This document shows positions 52,701 to 64,000 of a DNA stretch of 64,000 nucleotides, one piece after another (the stretch's first letter is position 1; each line of letters begins with the position of its first letter). The notes below the pieces were generated by a model. It saw only the letters and a list, made by a program, of their open reading frames with translations, made no database searches and had not been told where the DNA came from. The stretch comes from Tubiluchus corallicola (taxonomy: Eukaryota; Animalia; Priapulida). The translations under genes and the position numbers were made by a program. The stretch lies in assembly GCA_030141605.1 (NCBI GenBank), contig JAQGDQ010000133.1, forward strand, positions 124,001 through 188,000, in the 5' to 3' direction.

Positions 52701-55700
52701 AGTATCATTGGTGGTCTGTCTTCCCCAACTTATTAGTCAATTCTCCTCCATATGAAGCGCTGTCACAACTAAAAAAGTGTCAAGTACAAGTACAAAAGAT
52801 TTTGCTGAAGTAGAAAGATACCTTAATGATTTTAGACAATTCAACCCACTGCTCGGGTCTTGGATCAACTCCGGTAGGATTGTGAGCACAAGCATGAAGA
52901 AGAATGATGGATTTTTCCGGAATTTTCTGTAATAAGTAAGCGCAAAAGTTATACCACAAAATTTCCATTTACTTGTTCATTTGACCCAGACACATTCCAG
53001 CACACGAAATTCATAGAAGATGTGCAGTTCTGTACGAGTGTTAATTAAGTTAACATTAAAACTGCAAAACACGAACCACGTACAAGTGAGCATACATAGA
53101 AAACCAGGCACGGTTTTTCCAATTTTTCTAGCATAGCTAATGTGCTTCTTTTGTATCGACATCATATTAGGAGGATTAGGACTTGAGAAAGGTAAATAAT
53201 AAATCTCATGTAGATAACATTTATGTAGAATGTAGAGTTTTATAAAAGTTGGCAGAACTCTGTTCTTTGAATTACAGTAACAAGTTGAAGTTGTTCTAAA
53301 TACAGTACAAAATGTAATTAAACAAATAAGGATGAGCAAAAAAGGGTTATAGCTACATACACTAATGTCATCTTTGGCTCCTTCAAAATCGAATCCGCAA
53401 GTTGTTTTGTCATAGTAACGGTAAGGCTTCACATCCATACCAGCATGCCTTTAGAAAAACAAATGTGATTTACATGAGATATACAAAAAGAAGATTGTGA
53501 GCATTGTGAGCTGGAGTCCAGTAGTCATCAAGAGATTCTATTCAAACTGGAAAGTCATGGGCAGACCATTATCATTATCAAACCCGCATCATTATCAAGG
53601 CCATGCTCTAAGATGGCTGGAAGAGCTTTCTTAGTCACATTCAGATGTGAGCACATCTTCCTTCTACAAAGTAAACAACCAGCATCATTACAGCAAATAA
53701 AACCTCCTAGAGTCAACATCAAACTGGTCACCCATCCATTTACTGACCAGCGTCAGTACCATTCGGTCGCTAAGCACAAAACTGTGACCATTCGACTCAA
53801 GTGCAATTGCACAATATTGATGTATATGTGTGTCTACGAAACTTTGCTAAAAGACAAACTACTACTCGTATATGTGTGTCTACTAAACTTTGCTAAAAGA
53901 CAAACTACTACTTAAAAAAGTTTGGAAAAGAAATGCAGATATCATTTGAAATAGCAAAATTAATTTGGACAAAATTTCAAAACAGTGGCACAATACATAA
54001 ACACAAGTAAAGCACAAAATCTATCAGTGCAGGTTATAACACACAGAGACAATATCAAAGAGGGGAAAATTATACATCTTAAAAATTGCTAAGCAGATAT
54101 GAATGGGTCAACTGATGGTTTTATTCAAATACAAGTATTTCGACATATGCTATGGAAGCCCTTATTAGTGTAATTAATGCAACCTATAATTTAGAATTTA
54201 AAATTAAACTTTAGGGTCACTACAACAATAGACTAAAAAATTACCATTTCATCTGCTAATTAGCTTGACCTGTGGCTAGTACAATCTCATGACAACTAAA
54301 TAAACTAATAATCAGCAAAAATAGATATTTTGTGGGAAGCAAAAAATTATTTCATGAATATTTTGCAGATGAAACTATTTCACAAAGATTTCACAAGTGA
54401 TAAAATATAAAAATATATAAGTAATTACTCACTTGAATACTGGCGTGTGATTGCCCCAAGATGGAGAAGGTATATATACAACCTTGTTCCCAGGGTAAAA
54501 CTTCGACTAAAAGACATTTATTCGTAAAAGGCATTGAAGGAAAATGCAATAAATACAAAACAATAATTTAATGCCTTTAAACATTGTGCTGACTTGCTTT
54601 GCACTTTTTGTTAACCCTTTCCAAGTTGCTGCACTGTGAGAGAGTGAAAAGCATAATTAATGTAAGCCGATGTTCAGCAAGTTTTTTTGCCCGACAGTTC
54701 TATTTTTATACCATTTCAATGTGTGAGTTAATGACAATGACAAGTGTGGCAACTGCAGCTCAGAGTTACTGTAACAACATCAACTGCAGAAACCGTAGCC
54801 ATTTGCTGTACAAATGAAGGTGCCCCTTCTTTCTAATTTAAGAACAAGAGCTTCTTTTTATAAATTATTCAAGAGATTTTGCAAGAGATAGCAAAGTTTT
54901 TGAATAGTTAGAGTTAGCAGGACCTTTTGAATTAATTGATATGTTTAGAGCAAACAGAAAAAGTAAGTAGCCTTTTCTGTTTCAAAACACAAAGTTTGAA
55001 AATTTTTTCTCAACTGTGGGTTTCGAACTCCGGCCCTTTGTCACCTTGCTAACTACTACTACTACACCATGAGAAACTGCAATCTCTCAGGTGCAGCATT
55101 GTAATTGAAAGATGAGTAACCAAAAAAAAACACTGGGAAATAATAACTTGAAAAGAAATGAAAGCTCAAACCAATTTGTTTGACTTAGTGGGAATGAATT
55201 AAATTATATACTGCATTTAACATATAACAAATGAGCCAGAAATTTCTTAAGAAAGGGCCAGTGGTTTAAAATCAGAATTGATTAGGAACTGGAACAATAA
55301 ACCTTTAGTTAAAAATTAAAACATGTAAACTACACTTCATCTTCACAATTTCAAAATTCCTACTTTACCAACGTTTATGACTATATAAGCGTAGAAAGTA
55401 CTGCACAGTTGCACATTATTTATGCACTGGTGCAAGAGTAAGACTGTGAGAGGCCTATAATGAAGATTTTCATATCTCAAGAAAAATAAAGTTCTCAATA
55501 AAATATAATGTACAAGCACGGAAGCTTTTTAACATTTTGGTACTAGAGTCAGATATGTTTCTACTAGATTTAATTTTGTTTATTTAATGTGATTCACAGA
55601 AGATGTGCATGCAGTTTATATGTCAGGCTGAATAAATGTGAAAATTTTATACGCAAGAGCATCTCAAAAAGTGATGCAAACTTTGCTTCTGAGATTAGAG

Positions 55701-58172
55701 GTCAGTGATATGGCATAGTTTGTTATATTGTTAATTGTTATTTGTGTTACTGCTGCGAGCCATAATTTACTGTATTTTTTGTATTAATTTGTGATGTGTA
55801 TATGAACTTTGTAAAGTTTGAAATAAAATATTAAATCAAATCAAAACAAATAAATATCTATATCCTGATCACTGAGCTGTTACTCACCAAGAATGCAGAT
55901 CCGACTCTTAGTGATCCGGTTCCAGAAACACACTGGCTGGTTGCATTCTGTGCAAGAAAAATGCATAAATTGTTAAGAATTACTGCCAAGCTAGCTAACA
56001 TGACAGAATTTTAAAAATAACACTTAGAAAATAGACTGGAAACTTATGTTTGAAATTTGCTGAAATATTAGTCTTTACTACAAAAAATAACTGAATTAGT
56101 CATAGTTTTACACAAATTGGCATTACAGTCTTAGTGAAGGAGTTACTGTAACTTTTCTACTTACAAGGCCATTTGCAACATAGTCGTTACCAGCTCCAAA
56201 TGCAAGGTTTGCAGCTTCTTTGCAAAACTCAGGAAATCCACTGATGGGTGCGTATTCTTTATCAAAACCCTTCTCTATCATGATCTGCTCTGCCTATAAA
56301 GCAGAAAAAATATTCCAACTTGGAATACTGAACTTCCTTAAACACCCTTCAATAAGTACACGAGCAAGTACAGTGAAATCATCAAACTAAACATCGAATA
56401 AAATAAAAAGTAAAAGTTGGCAGTTATGACACGCTGAAAGAATTTTTCCTGGACTTCATTTATTCAGATACGGGTTACTTTTATCATATTTCAGGAAGTA
56501 AGAAATATATCCATCGCCTGATGATGTGCAGCATACAAATTCATTGGAAATTCATTAAAACAGCAGACAAAACTAGTCCTATTGTAAGTATTCAAATTTC
56601 ATAAGTTCTTAACAAAACTGGAAGGTACCAACATAATATAAACTGACATTTGTGTAAGACGAACCAAAAAGCGGTAATATTAAGAGTGGAATCAGTGCCA
56701 TGCCTCATTTAAAAGTTTACAACGGCCTAAATAAAAATGATATTTTCAGTATTATAGCTTAATGACAGTTTTAGAACTACTGAAACAAGAAGTTCAATAG
56801 CTGTTTTTACAAGTAAAATAGAAGTACTGAACATACGACTTGATTTAGATGTGCACTCAACAATCAAAATTAAGCAAAGTTGAACCTGGTTAGTAAATGT
56901 GTTAGTAACTGCTTGAAAAACTACCAGTGAGAGTCTGTCATACTGTCCCTGCTACTTACCGTGTTAATGGATGATGTATACAACACACCCACGACGTTGA
57001 TGCATACAACATGACACACCTTTGACAGAGTCCAATTATAGTAGATCTATATTCATTAAACACTTTTGATGTGTACTAGCCTCAGATTCCTGAATGCTGA
57101 ACTGTACACAAAATCCTTACATTTTTTGTAGTCGGGAAAACAATGAAAATGAAAAATCCAACTGGATGTCTAACTTCTAGTTAATGACAATTCTATAAAA
57201 AACAGAAACAAACCAAAAAATATAAAATTCTAACCTTTTTCACACTTGGTAACACGTAAGGTTTGTTATTGTCATCCCTGTAAGCTCCAACACCTAAATT
57301 AATCCTGTTAGGATTGGTATCTTTTTTAAAAGCTTCAGTTACACCAAGAATGGCGTCTGGAGGACCCATTTCCACAGAAGACCACCAAGACCTACAAAAT
57401 TATCATATTCATAGTGAATAAAATTCAGTAAACCAGCACAAAAACACGATATATATTATATAACATAATATAATTAATATTTTTATTTTTCAAATAAAAT
57501 ATGAATGTAAAAGAGCCCAGGACAGGATTCATTATGCGTAAATACAAATTAGGATCACTGGTAGGGATCATGACAAATTCAGTGAAGACACTAAAAAATA
57601 TATTACGGTACACTGAAGTAATATAAAATAAGCTACAAAACTAATTACAAAACTCAAGACTTTTCTTGGGAGATAGTAAACATGAAGATTTGCCATGTAA
57701 TGTCACTACGCTCTGCAGTTGACTTTCCTTGCATTACAAAATCTCTGATGCAACTACTCCAGTAATTTGCTGAGTTCTCGTTTATTTAAAATAAGCAGCA
57801 AAATTAAACATCGAATCATTAGGGTTTAAAATTCGGACCCGGTGTTCAACGTTTGAGGTGAAGTGAAGGACTCTATGATGCCTAATGCAAAGTTACTCAC
57901 CATAAAGGAAGAACGGATAGGTTAGTTTTTATTATTATACGTTATAAATTGCCACTAAAGGAAGAATAAGGAAATGTCCTTAGTGTCCTTGATGGTATCC
58001 AATATCTATAAATTGGGTTATTTGCATATTGTCTTACTGATATTACTATAGCTTGACCTGTTAAAATTCAAAGTCATACTTACGCATTTCGGCAAGAAGA
58101 CGATCCAAACACACGGCCAAACTGGCTTATAAAAGCAGCGGAGAAACTTGAGAATTTCAGTGACAAAGCCAT
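49722..58172 (-). CDS. GOT2: Mitochondrial aspartate aminotransferase, 430 aa
   Basis: Exons (minus strand) 58172-58084, 57391-57235, 56293-56165, 55947-55888, 54506-54433, 53448-53361, 52926-52822, 51777-51627, 51151-50986, 50824-50674, 49844-49722 total 1293 nt. Motifs: transit peptide then [60 protein letters not shown] (PLP lysine), YSNPP, DGRIS. Confidence 0.97.
52346..52390. repeat. Short degenerate (CCCTAA)n tract
   Basis: ACCCTAACCCTAATCCAACCCTAATCTTAATCCTAACTCTAATCC; probably part of a small transposon relic. Confidence 0.55.
53822..53912. repeat. 46-bp tandem duplication in GOT2 intron
   Basis: GTATATGTGTGTCTAC(G/T)AAACTTTGCTAAAAGACAAACTACTACT twice. Confidence 0.9.
55005..55075 (-). 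mobile_element. tRNA-derived SINE head
   Basis: Reverse strand reads TGGTGTAGT...(A-box-like)...GGAGTTCGAAACCC (B-box); no full cloverleaf. Confidence 0.45.
56865..56950 (+). mobile_element. 5S rRNA-derived SINE head
   Basis: AAATTAAGCAAAGTTGAACCTGGTTAGTAAATG...ACTGCTTGAAAAACTACCAGTG resembles the 3' half of 5S rRNA, followed by CATACTGTCCC. Confidence 0.5.
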
Positions 58173-58541
58173 TGTCTAAATAATTGGTATTTTACACTAT
58201 TTTTAAATGAAAGCAATTAAATCCACCGACTCAATTCACGATTGTACAGTGTACACTGATTTTCCCATACGTTCGATCAAATTCCAAGGTGGTGGCGCCA
58301 TCACTTGGACAAAGTAATAACATTTATACTGTTCTGCTTGCATGACAAACAAGCATCTCTAGTTTGCAGCTCACGAAGTTTTACTTGTCCACAGACTTCA
58401 AGAACCCGAGTGGGAAGTAGGAAATGGACAACAGCTCATCCACTGGCCATGCTGCAGCGGCTACAATGGAAGAGAGAAGTTTTGATAATTTCTTTTTTTA
58501 TTTTTTTATTTAACTTTCTCTTCCCCTCCTTTTACTTGTCC

Positions 58542-58544
<3 letters not shown>

Positions 58545-58612
<68 letters not shown>

Positions 58613-58691
58613 CTCTGTTTCTCTCTCTCCTCCCACTCTCTCTCTCTCCCTCCCTCTCTCTTTCCCTTTTTCTCTCTAACTCTCTCTCTCT

Positions 58692-58742
<51 letters not shown>

Positions 58743-58743
58743 A

Positions 58744-58807
<64 letters not shown>

Positions 58808-58862
58808 CGTTTCTCTCTCTCCTTCCTCTTTTCACTCTTTTCTCTGTCGCTCTTTTTCTCTT
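58545..58862. repeat. (CT)n microsatellite, compound
   Basis: Directly visible; ~370 bp upstream of the GOT2 ATG. Confidence 0.95.
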
Positions 58863-60418
58863 CTATAAATTTTTAAATCAAATTATCAAAACGAAAACGT
58901 CCAATGATTTTTCTCATAAATAGCTAGTTAACCAGCCCCCAGAGATTTTTTGGTTCTTAATGATTTAAACCAGATTTTGATTACTGACTCTGTTTTGGCG
59001 TAAGCAACGTAACACGCAGAGTTAGAAGTCAGGATCAGTAGGCTTATATACTAAGGCCTCTTTTGATTTCAATAGTCAGTTTGGCCAAGCGGTCTAAATA
59101 TTGGACTTGTAGACTAAGAGTCCGTAATTCACATATAAGATTTCGACAGTCTGGTTCAAAAAAGTCATTATTTGAAAATCCAAATATTGGTAATATAAAC
59201 AATTAAACTCACTCCAGTGCGTTCAAACTAATAACATGTAAATGTTAGGTGATTGTTGGGTTGTTTGAGCATTAATTATTATTGAACCAAGACTAAACTT
59301 TGCCGCGGGGAACAGGATGGTGCAGCCGTTTTCGCACTCTATTTAATCAACAGATCCTTATTTCAAATTCAAATCCAGTTTGAGTATTAATTTTTTTACG
59401 CATGTTTGCCAGATTTTGTTCAAAAAACTATAGTGTGTTAATCCCATGCTTAGAATTCTGGTTCTAATTACAACGCTTGTAAAATTTGTTGTAGTGTTTT
59501 TTCTACTCATAATAGTTAAGTGTGATGCTTTTTATTTTAATGCTTGCAATCATTCTTTTAAAACCTAGATTTTCAGACGGTTTTCGCTTCCAACGTCAAT
59601 TGTTCTGAAGCTTTGTGGCTACTCCTGGAAATCGTTCGTCTGTACTTGAACTCTCTTTTTTATAATTTAGCGAATGTGTCTACTGCAATAAAGCATAAAA
59701 TAAAAACTAATCTTAGCATAGTGTTTTATTCGACGTCTTTGTATAACGTTACATTATCGAACCACAAACAGTAACAATTATGCTGTTATAAAAGTAGTAA
59801 AATGAACAAGCAGTTCGTGTTGGCTATATTATTGACAATTTATTGTTGATATCATAGCCTGAAAGTCAAGCGTTTAATGCATGGGTTTATAATAGTTAAT
59901 TGGTTGTTGCGAAAAACAAGCCAAAAGGCAAAGAAAGTAAGTTTCACGAAAACACGGACGTTGATGAAAGTGTTGGAAAAGTCGTTTCTCTTGGATATCA
60001 GAAATGTGGTTGCTTTCCAATTTGATGCTCAACGGGTAGAGCAACAGTTTTGTAAGCAAGATACCCAGGTTCAAGAAGTGACTTAGATAATTTTTCCTTT
60101 CATATCGAGTCGCAAGAGCTTATAATATTCGTTTGTTAAGGTAAAAAATACATCAGTACATGTTAATACATTAATATCCCATCTAAATTAAATAGTTAAG
60201 TTACTAATTACATTTCCGCTTTAATCGCTTTCCGCTGCAGTATAATAATGACAATCGAAGAACATAATGCGAGATGGATTTTTTTGCGTAATTATTGGCA
60301 TTTTCTAAAAATGGTTCTTTCTTCTGAAAACTAGCCTCCTCGAACAATACGTGTTACTCAGCACGTGTCGAACAGCGATATTAAAATACTTGGTGATATT
60401 TTTGTTAAACAATGACAG

Positions 60419-63138
60419 TTACAGAGCCTCCAAGTCAGAAGACAGTTCAGCGTTTGAAGTTGGTTTTGAATCTTCGACTTCTCGTCTATTGTGTTTCTTT
60501 CTCCCACCACACCAACCAAAGAAGGCCATATCGAGCACAAGCTCAATTACCTCAACTATGGCAATGACTGACAGCCCTAAATAAAGACCAAACAACCCTC
60601 CCAGATCAGCTGCCAAATCTATGAACGAGTAAGCGTACTGTTCTGATACCTCCGTATAGGATGCGTCTCCAATCTGGACGGTGACGGCAATAAGGTGCTC
60701 GTCATATGACTTTCCTTCCCATTCCTGATGGCGTATGAACGCAGTGTGGTTGAAGAGGGACTCGTTAATAGGCAAGTCAAAAAGGATGTCATCCATGGTG
60801 GTGTTGACAACAGTGTTGTTGCTCTCCCAGTACGTCCACGTCCGGTACTGATCCGCACACCATCTGCAGTTCCTCAGTAAATCAAGATCTTGAAGGATAG
60901 CGTCATCAGTGACGTTGTTCCTCATCTGTTTACCAATGTATCCAGCCAGTGTGGCTTGCAGTCTTTCCTTAGGATCCAGTTTTTCTTGACCGCCCTCGAT
61001 GAATCGCCAAGACAGAGAGTAGAAAAGGTTGTCGCATCGGGCTGGACAGGACTTGTAACAACTTCTAGACCCTCTCTTTTCTTGTTTATAAGCGCAGGCA
61101 ATCTGCTCTTTTTCAATGACGTTTTGGTAATGATCTCTGTAAATAACGAAATTAAATATCTCAATTAAGTTATAAAATAATGTTTTGTTTGTTTTTCAAT
61201 TGAAGGCAATGAAATGGGAAATAATTGTTAATATATAAAAGTTTAATGGTGTTCCGCACTCTACAAGCTAGAAAAAGTATACAGTTCAAAAGGTTGTAGC
61301 GCGCGGGGGGGTCATTTTGCTCTCTGTCAAGAATAATCCTCTAAGATGAGTGACTGAGCCGTGTTCAGGTGCGCATGTAGCTTATACGAGGCCAGAATTA
61401 ACATGGAGAATCGGCAGTCACTCATTCATTCACAGAGCAGCCTTAGCGTTGATTAATTAATTCTTGCGGCTAAGCGCATGTCACTCATGTAATCACTTCG
61501 CAAAATACAAGAAGGAAACGCAGTTTATTGTAGAGTAAATATGTATTGACTGGACTTGCACACTGACTTTCACATTTCATTTAATTTGACTGGACACTGG
61601 GCGAAATATTAGGAGATTTAGATTAGGTGAGATAATAATTGTATCACATACGAACTCGATTAGGATGCCACCAGATAGTCAGAACAAACGAGAAATTACT
61701 TTTTGGAAACCTGGCTTATTTAATAAAGGTATAAAAGTTCAAACATTCGTTTTGTTTTATCTTCAAAACCCCAAGTCTTTCATTTAAATTTTTGAGTGTA
61801 TGGTCTTTGATGATCTATTTTTACTGTGGTCAAAATTATTAGCGTGATAAAATTTTTATCGCATTTGATTTTATCTGGAACCAAGGCATGCTGAATATAT
61901 TGAATACTTTGGTATGTAAACTTCTGAACATTTAACACCTCTAACATTCGGAAAAAAAGAATTTTGAAAACAAAGTCAAACGAAACCTGTAAAGAACCAG
62001 AAAACTTTGATATTACTTACTAGTGGAATAAATAAAATGATTTATAGTCGTGTGAGAACAATTAACAACGTTAACTAAAGATTTCATTATTCAGCTTTTA
62101 CATGCATTTGATGGAAAATACAGACCTACCATTTCTTACTGAAATAACTTACTTGCAAATTGGGTATCCATCTATTGTTTTTGTTCTGGGACAGAACACC
62201 CCAATACATCCACAGTTTTTCAGTATTCTCTTGCATTTGCACTTCAGCACACAGTCAGCCCTGTCATATGGTTGTTCCTCACCAACGTACATCACATTCT
62301 GGGCAATTTCAGACCGTCTTCGACCACGACTGCGTCCAAATATGCAGTTGTTGTCCGTGGGAATTCGGGATAGTGAAGAATTCTTGACCTCTATTCGCAC
62401 ATGAGCCCCAGGGGCTACCTGCCAGAAGTTGTTGGGGTTGTGCACGTGGGGATGCACAGAAACTAAAAGATTGCCATTCCAACCCATGTCTAATGCATCG
62501 GTAACCTTCGGATTTAAGATCAGCTTGAGCACTTTCGTGTCTTCTTCTGATATTTTTTCTAGAAATTCGTCACGAATAATTTTGTTTTTCATCTTGCTGA
62601 TGTCAGAGTGGACCGTAACGCAGCTTCCTTTAATATTTTGTACATGAGCCGTGTTGAGACTTGTCCTAAGATACGCGCAATCGACAAATTTAGAATTGTT
62701 TGACCTGCTCTGTATTCCGCAATGCCGTATCACCTCGTCTTGAAGCGGAAACAATGTTTTCAGCTGTGAAACGGCCTGGTCGCCAAACGTCCAATAGTCC
62801 TTCAAGCGTCTACTGGTTAGCTGACTTCTGTTTATCAAGACATCCATTACTCCGGAAAACTTCAACGGGAAGCCAGTACATACAGTGACCGCCGGAAAGT
62901 CGAAGACACCTTCGTAGATTTCCCTGGACACTGGCAGGATGGGGTAAGCACGATAGTACATGACTTTGTCACGAGTCTGGTAAGCTGTGAAACACAAAGC
63001 GACGAGCACAACCAATGCCCAGATTAACTTTCTCAATATGGATCCAGACTTGACGATGTTTGGCACTCCGTGGGTTGAAGAACTTTCCGCCCAGTGAAGA
63101 ATGTTTTCTTTGTAAGCTCTTATGCGCCTATTTGGCAT
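60419..63138 (-). CDS. DEG/ENaC (ASIC/FaNaC/pickpocket superfamily) channel subunit, 567 aa, two exons
   Basis: Exon 63138-62153 and exon 61136-60419 join in frame (AA|gtaagt...ttacag|A). Motifs: pre-TM1 STHG, TM1 LIWALVV, FPAVTVC, Cys-rich thumb (DCVLKCKC..NCGC..C..C..CYKSCPARC), and TM2 ADLGGLFGLYLGLSVIAIVEVIE. Confidence 0.93.
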
Positions 63139-63475
63139 TTTCGTGGTGTGTTATATGCAGATTTCCAGAGTCCAACAACAGCGCCCGTTCGATGTATGAT
63201 GGAAAACTCGACTGAAATTTTGTCGGGTCATTACGCCCGAGTCTAAGTTTAATTTTCCAAAGTGCCAGCAACGTCATTAAGGTTATATGTAGTAGTTTGA
63301 ATCAAATACAGACATTGCTGATAATGACATTTACATGTTTTTCGCAAAGTTTTATAACATCATCTCATTAACAACGTTTTATAACAGCATTCTCATCATC
63401 AGTCATTGACGTAAAATTTCAGGGTCATTATTGAAGAGAACAACGATAACTAACTTGATTTCTGATTAGTTACCA

Positions 63476-63612
63476 ATACAGTTCAGCCGATTAATTATTG
63501 ATCCAACTCAGCCGATTAATTACCGATTTAGCTGAAAGGATTAATTACGATCCAGTTCTGCTGTGTAATTACTAATCCAGCTCAACGGATTAATAACACT
63601 GACCCAGCTTTG
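63476..63612. repeat. ~24-bp tandem array containing GATTAATTA, upstream of the DEG/ENaC gene
   Basis: About 5-6 units of (GAT)CCAGCTCAGCCGATTAATTAC-like sequence. Confidence 0.75.
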
Positions 63613-64000
63613 CCGATGTTGTCAAATACAAATTATACGCATTAAATTTTACAATGATTTTTTTCCTCAAAAATGATCAAAAAACAAGGAAGCCTTTAGG
63701 TTTATGCACTGCGCAGATAATCTGTAAGCTTTTGTAGCTAATTATTTTCTATCAAAACATAATTAATAAGGATAAGCCTGCTGCTTCATGCAGCATTAGG
63801 CCATAGTTTTTCCTTGCTTGCATATTTTGGCCAATAATCCATGGGTGACTTCTGAAATCGATTACAATCCATGATCGTCTTCATTTTGCTAATACATATT
63901 TAGCATACTGCAGCAGAGACTGATGATCTCTAGCTTAGTGAACATGGTTTCAAATAAACAGCGGCATGTAAAATTCGGCACATATTTTTTTCAGAGATTG

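Noticed and set aside
51778-52821. U12-type intron in GOT2 (donor GTATCTTT)
   Set aside because: One mismatch to GTATCCTT, but there is no TCCTTAAC branch site near the acceptor and a normal polypyrimidine tract is present; treated as U2-type.
55005-55075. tRNA gene
   Set aside because: A- and B-box-like motifs are present, but there is no acceptor stem or anticodon arm; SINE head at best.
35203-58172. MRPL3 + GOT2 as a functional mitochondrial gene cluster
   Set aside because: They are convergent with no shared promoter, and two mitochondrial-protein genes side by side is expected by chance.

Overview
AT-rich, intron-rich animal (most likely invertebrate) nuclear DNA, not prokaryotic. No CRISPR arrays, operons or defence systems are visible. 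Six protein-coding genes were spliced by hand: cyclin E (+, 5'-truncated by the window edge, 8 exons, 1-12473); URI1/prefoldin-like RPB5 interactor (-, 10 exons, 15321-24832, convergent with cyclin E); an intronless orphan class A GPCR (-, 31282-32256); mitochondrial ribosomal protein L3 (+, 9 exons, 35203-47569); mitochondrial aspartate aminotransferase GOT2 (-, 11 exons, 49722-58172); and a two-exon DEG/ENaC channel (-, 60419-63138). Introns and intergenic DNA hold a decayed RTE-type LINE with a nested tandem-core (Helentron/HINE-like) element, hAT- and Harbinger-type MITEs with recognisable TSDs, and several 5S-rRNA-derived or tRNA/5S chimeric SINE heads. There are also microsatellites and local duplications. 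The most interesting points are a possibly undescribed tRNA/5S chimeric SINE family, the cyclin E-URI1 linkage (also neighbours in human), two GC-AG introns lacking the usual exonic AG, and two intron-poor, divergent receptor/channel genes among housekeeping genes. No clearly new multi-gene system could be supported.
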